Below are positions 10,378 through 20,100 of a stretch of DNA of 64,000 bases, one piece after another. The notes beneath the pieces are model-generated. The model did not search any database, was not told where the DNA came from, and saw only the letters and a list, made by a program, of their open reading frames with translations. The position numbers and the translations under genes were made by a program. Source of the DNA: Bdellovibrionales bacterium (GTDB taxonomy: Bacteria > Bdellovibrionota > Bdellovibrionia > Bdellovibrionales > UBA1609); assembly GCA_965203095.1 (NCBI GenBank), contig OZ241877.1, positions 1,184,001 to 1,248,000 of the forward strand, in the 5' to 3' direction. The first letter of the stretch is position 1. Every line of letters begins with the position of its first letter.

Positions 10378-11511
10378 TTATATCAAATCCCCATTCCATA
10401 ATTGATTTAAAAAGTCTGTCCAAGGCCAAATTTCAATTTTATCCTTTGTGATTCTTTTTTGAGGAACCTGAGAGATAAGAAAATATTTTTTTATCAGTTT
10501 TTCCTCTTTAAGTGCTCTTAAACCTTTAAGGTGCTTATCTTGAATGTCCCTACTGGATTTAATCTCTATAGCCAACTCATTTCCCACAATCAAGTCCACC
10601 TCCTTATGAGATACAGATCGCCAATAAGCCAATTTTAACCTCCTTCTAAAATAGCTTAAGAAAGCCCGTATTTCTAAAATAAGAAAATGCTCAAAAGCTT
10701 TCCCAAACAGCTCGCTTTTGTCTTCAATAAAAGGACGATGGCAAAGGGCATTAGCAATCCCAACATCAAAGAGATAATACTTTGATCGGGAAATAGCTTT
10801 TCGCTTTTTAGTTTTTGTCCAACCGGGAATTTTAAAACCTAAAAGAGTGTCATCTAATATTTGAATATAATTTTTTAATGTGCCAGGGGATACTTGAAGA
10901 TCTTTGGAGAAATTTTCATAATTTATCTCTTGACCATTAGATAAAGCTATCGAATCCAAAAATTCAGCGAAAGCTTGTATATTTCTGGACAAAGCCTCAT
11001 GTTGTATTTCCTCTCTGAGATAAAGGCTAATGTAGGCATTTAGCTCTTCCTTATAATCCGAGCTGTCATAAATTTGAGGCAATCCCCCACGGTTTAAATA
11101 GCGGATCAAATTGAACTTTGGGATCTCCTGCCATGTTAATGGAAAAAACTCCGCTTTCCAGGCCCGGCCAGCTAACAAATTAACTCCCTTTCGCTTTAAC
11201 TTTCTGGAACTGCTACCCATCAATAGGAATCGGAAACTCCGTTTTTCAATAAGCCGGTGGACTTCATCTAATAAGTTAGGGAGTTTTTGTATCTCATCAA
11301 TAATCACAATTTGATTTTTCTGATTTTCCTCTTCTAAAATTTTGGGGTTTTTAATTAAAGATCTATAAGTATTGGCGTCCAACAAATCATACATTTTGGC
11401 TTGAGGAAGAGACTGCTTTACTAAAGTGGTTTTCCCTGTGGAACGAGGGCCGAAAAGAAAAAACGATTTTTTCCTCAATAAAGCCACTAAATCTAACTGC
11501 CTTTTATACAT
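10378..11511 (-). CDS. AAA+ ATPase with DUF4143 domain
   Basis: GPRSTGKTT, IIDEIQK, GSSS, LAGRA, RGGLP, KYYLFDVG, EVD...AIEIKS nuclease-like tail. Confidence 0.9.
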   Translation of the reverse strand: MYKRQLDLVALLRKKSFFLFGPRSTGKTTLVKQSLPQAKMYDLLDANTYRSLIKNPKILEEENQKNQIVIIDEIQKLPNLLDEVHRLIEKRSFRFLLMGSSSRKLKRKGVNLLAGRAWKAEFFPLTWQEIPKFNLIRYLNRGGLPQIYDSSDYKEELNAYISLYLREEIQHEALSRNIQAFAEFLDSIALSNGQEINYENFSKDLQVSPGTLKNYIQILDDTLLGFKIPGWTKTKKRKAISRSKYYLFDVGIANALCHRPFIEDKSELFGKAFEHFLILEIRAFLSYFRRRLKLAYWRSVSHKEVDLIVGNELAIEIKSSRDIQDKHLKGLRALKEEKLIKKYFLISQVPQKRITKDKIEIWPWTDFLNQLWNGDLI

Positions 11512-11532
11512 AGATTTCTAATAATAAGCTTT

Positions 11533-11637
11533 ATTTTTATTATTTTCAACATTTATGTTGTGGATTTTTATTATTTTCAACATTTATGTTGTGGATTTTT
11601 ATTATTTTCAACATTTATGTTGTGGATTTTTATTATT
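11533..11637. repeat. Perfect 31-bp tandem repeat, about 3.4 copies, each with palindrome CAACAT-TT-ATGTTG
   Basis: ATTTTTATTATTTTCAACATTTATGTTGTGG at 11533, 11564 and 11595; partial copy at 11626. Confidence 0.95.
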
Positions 11638-11678
11638 CGGCCTTGGAAAAGTCCTTTTGTTTAGAACTCCAGCTTATG

Positions 11679-11765
11679 TGTCGTCTGAATGTCGTCTGCC
11701 TCCTGCGGAGTAGTCGGCAGGCTGTCTCTTAAAGCCAGTGCGGGTTTGTCGTCTGAATGTCGTCT
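11679..11765. repeat. Pair of 19-bp direct repeats TGTCGTCTGAATGTCGTCT
   Basis: Identical copies at 11679-11697 and 11747-11765; each is TGTCGTCT twice at 11-bp period. Confidence 0.85.
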
Positions 11766-12079
11766 AAAAAAAGGGAGGATATAGACAGAGATTAGAGGGA
11801 AAAATAGAGGGTTTAGAGCTTAACCCGCCCTAATCCAGCTGTGTTTAATGCTCCAGTTGATTCTTAATCAAAAATATCTTCATAAATGAACCAAATTAAA
11901 TCGCCATTAAAGCAGATCACAGCTCAAAAAAACCAATGGGCTTTTTAGCAAATTCTGTCAACGAAATACTGAACATGGACAGAAATGACTGGTTTTTTAC
12001 AGTAAAAGAGATTAAATGATTGACTCCCATCACTAAAAAGATTAAAAGCACTTGATTAAATGATTTTAGGAGAAAACTG

Positions 12080-14872
12080 ATGAAAAAATCATTATGCATC
12101 CTAACAGTAATGGCCTTTTTTGCCCCCGCACTGGCAGAAGAAAGGCCAACCTCTCTAGAATCCAAATCTATAGAGGGAAAAGTTCAAACCACTACCCCTT
12201 CAAAAAGCAATCTCCATAGCGAAGAGCCTATAGATAAAATCAAAGTGACGGGTTCCCGCATCAACCGCATCGGGACAGAAGGGCCCAGCCCACTTTATAT
12301 TTATTCCCAAGAAGACTTGGAAAATTCTGGCTATAGCTCCGCCGGTGACTTTTTAAGAGACACAACCATATCTCATTTTGGAGTGGGAAGGGAGCAGTCG
12401 GGAAGGAGCACAGCTGGAGTATCCTCTGCTGGCATTAAAGGGGAACAAGCTTTGATCCTTATCAATGGCCTGAGAGTGGTTGAAGACCCTCATGCCAATG
12501 CTGTGGATCTTAATCTCATCCCCTTATTTGCTATAGAAAGAGTAGAGATTTTAAAAGACGGGGCCTCAGCCCTATATGGCTCAGATGCCGTGGGTGGGGT
12601 GATCAACTTTATCACCAAAAAAGATTTTTCTGGAATAGAGCTTCAGGCCCAGGCCAGCCCTACAGCATGGCCTTTGGTTAAGGGAGGTTCTCGCGGGGAT
12701 ATAGCTGTCATAGCAGGGGAGAGTAGCAGAGATTGGTCTTATATCAGCTCTTTTCACCTCCGTTTTCAAGACCAGGTCCACAATGCCGATCGGGCATGGA
12801 CTAAAAAATCTATTTCCCCTATAGGTCCCTACGGCATTTTCACAGTTGGGAGAGGAAAGCCCTATATCGATCCCTCCTGTCCTAATATAACCTCCGATGG
12901 ATGTGAGTTCAATGTAGCTGGTCACTCCAGCAAGCTCCCTCGGCAAAGCCAATTATACGGTTATTTGCAAGCTGATTACAAAATTTTTGGAGAGAATAAG
13001 CTCTATACCCAAGTTTTATCCAGCTGGAAAAACACCAACTGGTTTTATGCTCCTGTTCCTGGAGGCTTGCCAATCCCAGCACAGCATAAAATGAGCTATG
13101 CCACAGGCCAACCGGGAGTTTTAAGGTTTCGCTTTATGGAGGCGGGGAAAAGAGATACCACAACAAATAACTTTGCTGGAGATCTCACTGTGGGGCTAAG
13201 GGGCTGGCTTTCCCACTCTTGGGACTATGATATTAATTTGAAATTAGCCCATATCACAAAAAACAACAAGGAAAAGGGCCTTCTGTTAAAAAAAGAGCTT
13301 ACTCAGGCCATTTTAACAGGGGTTTATGATCCCTTTAATAAAAGCAGAAGAGACCTTTCAACAGCCCTTTACACAGCTAAGGACAATAATGATTCCATAT
13401 TGCTTTCCAGCTCTTTAGATTTTTCCGGGGATCTCGGGTTCTTATCCAAAACCTTAAATGATTTGAATTTAGCTACGGGCATTCAAGCCTATTTTAAAAA
13501 TTATGACCAAAATGCGGACAAAAAATCAAAAGCTGGTGAAATTTTATCTAACGCTGGAGGAGATGGCTATGGAGAGCGATTTGTTTTGTCCCACTATTTT
13601 GAGATGGGTCATCATTTTTCTGAAATTTTGGAACTGCAACTGGCGGGACGAACGGATTATTACTCCGATGATTTTGGCTCGACTTTCAACCCTAAAGGTG
13701 CCTTTCGATTTCAGCCTTGGCTAAAGCCTATGTTGAAAATCGCGAAAAAGCTGACTTTCAACCCCAAAGTGGCTGTTCGATTCCAACCTCATTCCCGCTT
13801 TTTTTTGAGAGGCAGTGTGGGCACAGCCTTTGTAGCCCCATCACTTGATGATCTCAACCAATCGGACTTTGAAACCTATCCTTGGATTTTTGACACAGTG
13901 GCCTGTTATAACGAATTAAAATCCCAAAAAAGTTTTGCCACAACCTATAAAGCCTTAGGGGAAATGTCAGTAGAAAAAAAGGAAGAATTCGTTAAGGACT
14001 TCCTGATCGAGCAAAAAGATGTGATGGGGAGAAGGAATCTTAAAAAAACTGTCCTATCGGAATTAAAAAAATTATCCCAAAGCTTCCCTCAAAAAGATTA
14101 CTGTAAAGACCGACAAGTTAAGGGCATGGGAAAAGGGAATAAAAAATTAAAAGAAACCAAAGCCATAGTCGCCTCCTTGGGATCAGTCTCACAAATCACT
14201 GATGAGCACAGCCTGACTTTAGATCTATGGTATATCAGAAAAAGCGGAGTCCCAGGTTATGGATTAGGTAAAAAAACTATAGATTCAGAACTTAATTTTG
14301 GAAATGATTATGTTGCCAAAAAGGGGGTGACAGTCAAAAGAAAAAGTTCTCAACATAATCCTATAGATAAAATCCAAACAAAACTTTTAAATCTTGGGAA
14401 AACCCATATTTCCGGTGTGGACATAGATTGGGAGTCGGACATGACAAACATTCGCATTCCAAGTGGGAATCCTTATTTTAAAAGTTCACTCTCTTACATT
14501 TTATTTTTTAGGAAAGAAGATTTCCCTGGGATTGGCTATGTGGATAAAATAGGCAAATTTGGTTCTCCTCGTTGGAGAAACATCAGCTCCTTCGGTTGGA
14601 AAAACAACAAACACAATATTTCTCTAACAGCCCACATTGTGTCCCCTTTTAACAAACGAAGTTCCGAGTTAGAAGATCTCCCTTTATCCATCCGATGGGA
14701 TTTAGATTATCAGTTCATAATGAGTGAAAAAACTTCCATCCGCCTGGGCTGGTCCAATCTGCTTTTTCAAGATCCTCCTTATGACAAAGAGGCGGAAAGC
14801 AACCAATTGGATCATGATATTTTTGAGTCTCGTGGCCCCTTCTTTTTTGCTGGTATCAAACACAAAATTTAG
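12080..14872 (+). CDS. TonB-dependent outer-membrane receptor
   Basis: Signal peptide, TonB-box-like IKVTGSRI, plug motif IERVEILKDGASALYGSDAVGGVINFITKK, C-terminal barrel strand. Confidence 0.93.
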   Translation: MKKSLCILTVMAFFAPALAEERPTSLESKSIEGKVQTTTPSKSNLHSEEPIDKIKVTGSRINRIGTEGPSPLYIYSQEDLENSGYSSAGDFLRDTTISHFGVGREQSGRSTAGVSSAGIKGEQALILINGLRVVEDPHANAVDLNLIPLFAIERVEILKDGASALYGSDAVGGVINFITKKDFSGIELQAQASPTAWPLVKGGSRGDIAVIAGESSRDWSYISSFHLRFQDQVHNADRAWTKKSISPIGPYGIFTVGRGKPYIDPSCPNITSDGCEFNVAGHSSKLPRQSQLYGYLQADYKIFGENKLYTQVLSSWKNTNWFYAPVPGGLPIPAQHKMSYATGQPGVLRFRFMEAGKRDTTTNNFAGDLTVGLRGWLSHSWDYDINLKLAHITKNNKEKGLLLKKELTQAILTGVYDPFNKSRRDLSTALYTAKDNNDSILLSSSLDFSGDLGFLSKTLNDLNLATGIQAYFKNYDQNADKKSKAGEILSNAGGDGYGERFVLSHYFEMGHHFSEILELQLAGRTDYYSDDFGSTFNPKGAFRFQPWLKPMLKIAKKLTFNPKVAVRFQPHSRFFLRGSVGTAFVAPSLDDLNQSDFETYPWIFDTVACYNELKSQKSFATTYKALGEMSVEKKEEFVKDFLIEQKDVMGRRNLKKTVLSELKKLSQSFPQKDYCKDRQVKGMGKGNKKLKETKAIVASLGSVSQITDEHSLTLDLWYIRKSGVPGYGLGKKTIDSELNFGNDYVAKKGVTVKRKSSQHNPIDKIQTKLLNLGKTHISGVDIDWESDMTNIRIPSGNPYFKSSLSYILFFRKEDFPGIGYVDKIGKFGSPRWRNISSFGWKNNKHNISLTAHIVSPFNKRSSELEDLPLSIRWDLDYQFIMSEKTSIRLGWSNLLFQDPPYDKEAESNQLDHDIFESRGPFFFAGIKHKI

Positions 14873-14883
14873 TTTTGGGAAAA

Positions 14884-17187
14884 CTACCAACCAATAGAAA
14901 AATGGAATCGGTAATTTAAATCCGCTTTGGGCCTTTCGGGGGGAAGTCTATAAGCAATATCTAAACCCACAGGGATTAAAAAAGTCTGATAACGAAAACC
15001 CACACCAACAGAATGACCATAGTTAAAAACCGCATTGTTCCGGCCCTTTAAATAAACAGCCCCTATATCATAAAATAAAATGCCTTTAAATCCTTTAAAA
15101 ACAGGCCAGCGAAACTCTGCATTCAACAGGCCATAATTACTAACTAAAGCACTCTCTAACTGATCGTCTTTTTTAAGTTTTAAGTCTGAGTTCGCGGTTT
15201 CAATAGGGGCATGTTTTTCACTGGGGATCCTCGCTCCTTCAATATGCCCATCATAACCTCTAATAGAGTTTTTTCCGCCTAAAATGAAAGCTCGGCTTAC
15301 AGGTATATGATAACGATCTCTTAAAGCTTGAATCCAACCCCCTTTTAAAGTTAAACTCAATGTGTAATTTTTTGCAAAAGTCCAATACAGGCGATTTTGA
15401 AAATCTGCCTTTACAAAAGCAATATCCGAACTGCTCCCTAAAAGAGGATCTGCCCATTCCAGTGCTAAAGAACTAAGGGCTCCCTTTGAAGGATCAAAAA
15501 TGTTGTCTCGTTTGTCCCATATTATATTAAAACTGGAACTGGAAATTTGTTGAGGATTTTCCGGACATATTATTTGATCGCAAGACTCTCTTCTGTTTTC
15601 AAAAGACAAAACATTCCATCTCATTTTTAAATTTTCACTGAGGTTTTTATTTATAAAAAAGCTGATTTGCGTTTTATTGACAAAATTGATACTATTCTGA
15701 GAATAATTGAATATGTGTCGGGACTGAGAGAGGCTGACATCCCCTTGATAACCATAGCCCGGAACAAAAACCTCTTTGTATCTTCCGGAAAGATCATACT
15801 CTAAAAAAGTTTTTCGCCTGTTAAAGTTAACTTGCCCACTTACCCTGGCAATAAGGGATCTCCCCCAACCAAAAAGATTTCTATGAGCTATTTCAGAATA
15901 AGCACGAGTGGTTAGCCCTCTTTGTGAATTTAGCCCTAACCCCCCTCTAATAGACCTCAGCTTTCTCTCTTTAAAAAGAGCTTCCAATTCAAATGGATCC
16001 TCTGCAACCTCATTCAAACTGATGCTGGAAAAAAGCCCAGTTGCTCCAAGAGATTTTATTGCTCGCTCTTTTTTTAAAGGAGTTAAAACATCACCTGGCT
16101 GAATTTTTAGTAAACTTAGAACCATACTTTTCTTAGCCTTTTTTAAACCCTTAATAGAGATTTTTGAAACAAAAGCTTTAACCCCTTCATCCACTTTAAT
16201 AATCAAACTGGCATGTTTATCTCCCGGAGTGTATTGGATGACATTTTCTCTATTCTTGATTTTTATATTGATATAACCTTTGCTTTTATAAAACTGTTCA
16301 ATCCGATCCATGTCTTTTTGCACTTCATCCACTTTAAGAGTGGATTGAACTTTAGATTGAATGTGAGACAAAATTTCCCACACAGGAAGAGCTTTTGCGT
16401 TTTGAATTTGTATGTCCTGAATGATTATCAAAGGCCCTTCTTCTAAATTGATAGTGATAAAAGCTTTGTCCTCTTTAAAAAATATCCGGTCAGAATAAAT
16501 TTTGCTTTGTAAATAACCCTGCCCTCTAATATGACGAATTAAATTTTTATAACCTTTTTCCAGATCTTTTTTATTATAAAATCCCTTTTTGATAAGATCA
16601 GAACTGTTGTTTTTAATAAAATTTTCATATTGCTCGTTGGGCTGAGAGAGCAACCCTTGAATTTTTAATTCCGCTATACGGATCCGTGGGCCTTCAGCAA
16701 TATTGAAATAAACCCATTTCTTCCATTTCTTTTTAAATTCGGATCTTTTTAATTCTACTTTTAAAAAACCTTGATTTTGGTAAGCTCTTTGAATAGCTGT
16801 TTCAACAAAGTCATAAAAAAAAGCCCCCATAGTGTTTTCATCTACTTTCACAATTTTGTGAATTTGCTTTTCACTAAAAAAACGATTCCCTTTAAATACA
16901 AAGACAATTTGAATAGGGTTTTTAATAATAAAATTTTTACCTATTTGAGAAACTTCCGCTTGATAATAATCTTTTTTGATAAGAAATTTTTGTAAATTTT
17001 TTATTGATATAGGTTTATCCTTAAAATGCCGGTAAATTTGTTTGGGCAATGTAGGGTGAGGAGAAACAATGCGATAAGGCCCTGGTGTATCTAATTCCGG
17101 GAAGTTTAAAGCTGATTTTCCATAAGCCTGAAAAGTTAAAACAAGCAAAATCAAAAAAGACATAAACCCAGAAGTTCCCCAATGCAT
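14884..17187 (-). CDS. Omp85-family outer-membrane protein (TamA/BamA-like) with POTRA domains
   Basis: POTRA repeats, LGGKNSIRGY lid motif, C-terminal FHFSIGW; adjacent to TamB. Confidence 0.88.
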   Translation of the reverse strand: MHWGTSGFMSFLILLVLTFQAYGKSALNFPELDTPGPYRIVSPHPTLPKQIYRHFKDKPISIKNLQKFLIKKDYYQAEVSQIGKNFIIKNPIQIVFVFKGNRFFSEKQIHKIVKVDENTMGAFFYDFVETAIQRAYQNQGFLKVELKRSEFKKKWKKWVYFNIAEGPRIRIAELKIQGLLSQPNEQYENFIKNNSSDLIKKGFYNKKDLEKGYKNLIRHIRGQGYLQSKIYSDRIFFKEDKAFITINLEEGPLIIIQDIQIQNAKALPVWEILSHIQSKVQSTLKVDEVQKDMDRIEQFYKSKGYINIKIKNRENVIQYTPGDKHASLIIKVDEGVKAFVSKISIKGLKKAKKSMVLSLLKIQPGDVLTPLKKERAIKSLGATGLFSSISLNEVAEDPFELEALFKERKLRSIRGGLGLNSQRGLTTRAYSEIAHRNLFGWGRSLIARVSGQVNFNRRKTFLEYDLSGRYKEVFVPGYGYQGDVSLSQSRHIFNYSQNSINFVNKTQISFFINKNLSENLKMRWNVLSFENRRESCDQIICPENPQQISSSSFNIIWDKRDNIFDPSKGALSSLALEWADPLLGSSSDIAFVKADFQNRLYWTFAKNYTLSLTLKGGWIQALRDRYHIPVSRAFILGGKNSIRGYDGHIEGARIPSEKHAPIETANSDLKLKKDDQLESALVSNYGLLNAEFRWPVFKGFKGILFYDIGAVYLKGRNNAVFNYGHSVGVGFRYQTFLIPVGLDIAYRLPPERPKADLNYRFHFSIGW

Positions 17188-17189
17188 TA

Positions 17190-20100
17190 TTAAAAATCAA
17201 GATTAAATTCAAAATCCAGACCCAATCGATCGTTTTGATCGGTTTCTAAATCAGTTTGCCGGGTATTTTCCCAAAAGGCAGTGAGAGAAATTTTTTTATT
17301 AAGATTGTATTTTAAGCGAATGTCGCTTTGAGCATTTTCCTCAATGGTCCGGCTAAAAGAAGTTTTCCATTTTTCAAACCAGTTTTTACTCAATGTGATT
17401 TTTGTAACTGGTTTATTTAAAGTATTGATATAAGATGTGGGGCGAAAATCCCATCCCAAAGTGTCTTTTATTTCCTTGTTTAAAATTTTTTCCAAAAACA
17501 AAGAACCTAAAATTTGATAAGAGTAATCAATGACATCTTTTCTAACATTGGCGTCAAAATACCGAGACCCCACACCAAGAGTCAAAAGGGATATGATCTC
17601 TTTCTCATTTAAAACAGGAGAGCTTTTTAGAGAAAAATCAGGCTCCTGAGAAAAGCCTTTTAAAGATAAAAAGATCTTGTAAGCTCTCTCAATTTCCTGA
17701 TTGCCCTCTAAAGGATCGATAATTTGCTCTTTAAACAAAGTATTAGCTGAAATATCCAAATAAGGATTCCCCAAAGATGAATTTTTAAAAAGAACAGAAC
17801 CTGAACTGACTTTAAATTCTGTTCCTCTGAAAAAAATTAAATTCTCTTCAGCAGTTTTTGAAATAGCAAACTGGCCATCAGCTAAAAGCGACTCCAAAGG
17901 CCCATAAATCCTGATCTGACCCTTAATAGCAGATCTTATCAAACTGCTATTGATCTCCACAGCTTGATTTGTTTGAATATTTAAATCCAAATTAAAAAGG
18001 CTATCCTCCTTTTGTTTCTTCTTTTTTAAAAAGGAAAAATCATGCTTTGTTTTTTTAACTCTACCAGAAAATTCTTTTGTGATAGTGCCGGAATCTATAA
18101 GATACTCACCACTAATTAAATAAGGAGGATTGTCGCCATGGATTTTTAAGCGACCTTTGCCTTTGGTTTGAAAATCTTTTGGAATATTGAGTTGTGCACC
18201 AGAAAAATCCAAATCCAAATCTACTTTGGGCCAATGAATAAAATCATAAAAAACTAAGCCTTTTCCTTTTAGGGAACTGCCACCAGTATGGCTAAAAAAA
18301 TCATGAACCAATATGCGATTTCCGGCAAAATCCAACTGAGCCTGAGCTTCTTTAAAATCAGGCAAAGTGCCTACAGAAAATAATGCCTTATCCACTCGCA
18401 CAGATCCTTTAGGGGACGGTTGTTTTAAATTATTGTCTATTAAGACCTGCCCTCTCACATCTCCTTCAATTTTTTTTAAAAAAGGGAAAAGAACAGAAAA
18501 CAAACCTAAGGAGAATCTCCCAGAGACCCATAGTTTGTCAGGACCTCTTTCCTCTATAATTAGATTCTCTTTATTATGGTAAGAAAAACGACCAGAGGAG
18601 AGAGACCAACGATCTTTATCAAAAAAAATAGAAAAAGGCTTTTCACCTTTTATCCACTGATCAGATCGGGAGACAAAAAACTGATCGATTTGAGCCTGAC
18701 CAGTCCATTGGCTGGTTTTTTCTTTTGTTTTATGGAAAGAGAAAAAACCTGTCAGTTGAGAAGATCTCTCTTGTGCCCTCTCCATACGATTTTTTGAAAA
18801 TAAAAGCTTAATAAAATCTAAGTTGGCTAACCGGCCCCTTGCCTTTATTAAAGCTTTTTTTGAAAAAGGATAAATAAACTGATCGATAAAGATCTCGTCC
18901 ATAACAGGGCCAGAAAGGGACAATGCCTTAGCGTCTAACTTCATTTTAATATGAGAGTCTTTAACTGGATATGAGTAAAAAAACATATTGGATATAAAAA
19001 TGTCACTGTGGATTTTTGGACGAGCGAGTGTGCCAGTGATTTTCATATCAAAGTTCACATCGCCGGACTGATTGAAAGGCACAATACTGTTTAGCCATTC
19101 CAGCCTCTCTAAAGACAGATCTTGGCCTTTTACTTTTAAATTAAGGGCGTATTGGCTATCAAAAAAACCAGAACCTTTAAGATAACCTTGTCCCTTTTTT
19201 AAAAGTAAAGAGCGAATCACACCTTGATCATTTTGTAAACTAAAATTAAATGTCGCTTGTTGAAACAGATCTTTATTTACAGAAACATTAAAAAGATCTC
19301 CTTTGAGATGAAACTCTTTTTTCTCCGGTAAAGCCCATGGATAGCGAATAAAAAAAGTGCCTGCCCCTGTGCCTTTAAATGAGATAGGCCAAGAAATATT
19401 TTCTTGAACTGAGTCCATTAAATCTTCAATGTCAAAAAAAGAAGATTTCCAATTCAAAACAAGCTCTTTTTGACGAAAATCTATAACCCCCTCTCCGGCC
19501 CAGTTGGTTCTTCCAGGAGAGCTTTTGATATTTACAAAAGCTAATCGGCCAGTTTTAAACTGATACCTGCTGGAAATATCTTTGAGCTTATAGGATTGAA
19601 TTTTTATAAGAGAAGAGCTGAGGAAGCCTTTAAATTGAACTTTATTTTTTTCAACAATCAATTTTCCGTCTCGAATTTCTGCTGTTCCTTCTACAGGAAA
19701 AGCAGTGTTGAATTTTAAATCTTCACCCCACTTTCCAATAAAAGAGTAAGAGGATTCCAATCGATCAGAGGGTTGCGAGTATTGCCCTTGGAATTGCACT
19801 TTGGAAGTTTCAGATTTTGTGGTTTTTGTGCCAATGGCTAAAAAATTTAAAATCTCACGGTCCCACTCCACATTGAGATCCAAATTCATCCCGTGGAGAG
19901 ATACCAGTTCATTTTGATCTTTGGTTTGTGCACTTACTTTTTTACTTTTCCCCTCAGCTGAACATTTGAAATAAGAACCTCTATAACCTTTCCCTTGGCA
20001 TTTAATGGAACCAGTAAAATCTCCTTTTACCGGAAAATTATCCATGTTTAAAACCGCTTGGGCCACAAAATCAGAAGACAGCTTATGAGTTTCAATAAGA

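Noticed and set aside
11556..11630. oriC / DnaA boxes (TGTGGATTT x3)
   Set aside because: Two mismatches to TGTGGATAA, explained by the tandem repeat; no dnaA or other origin-linked genes nearby.
11533..11637. CRISPR array
   Set aside because: Units are head-to-tail with no unique spacers, and no cas genes are present.
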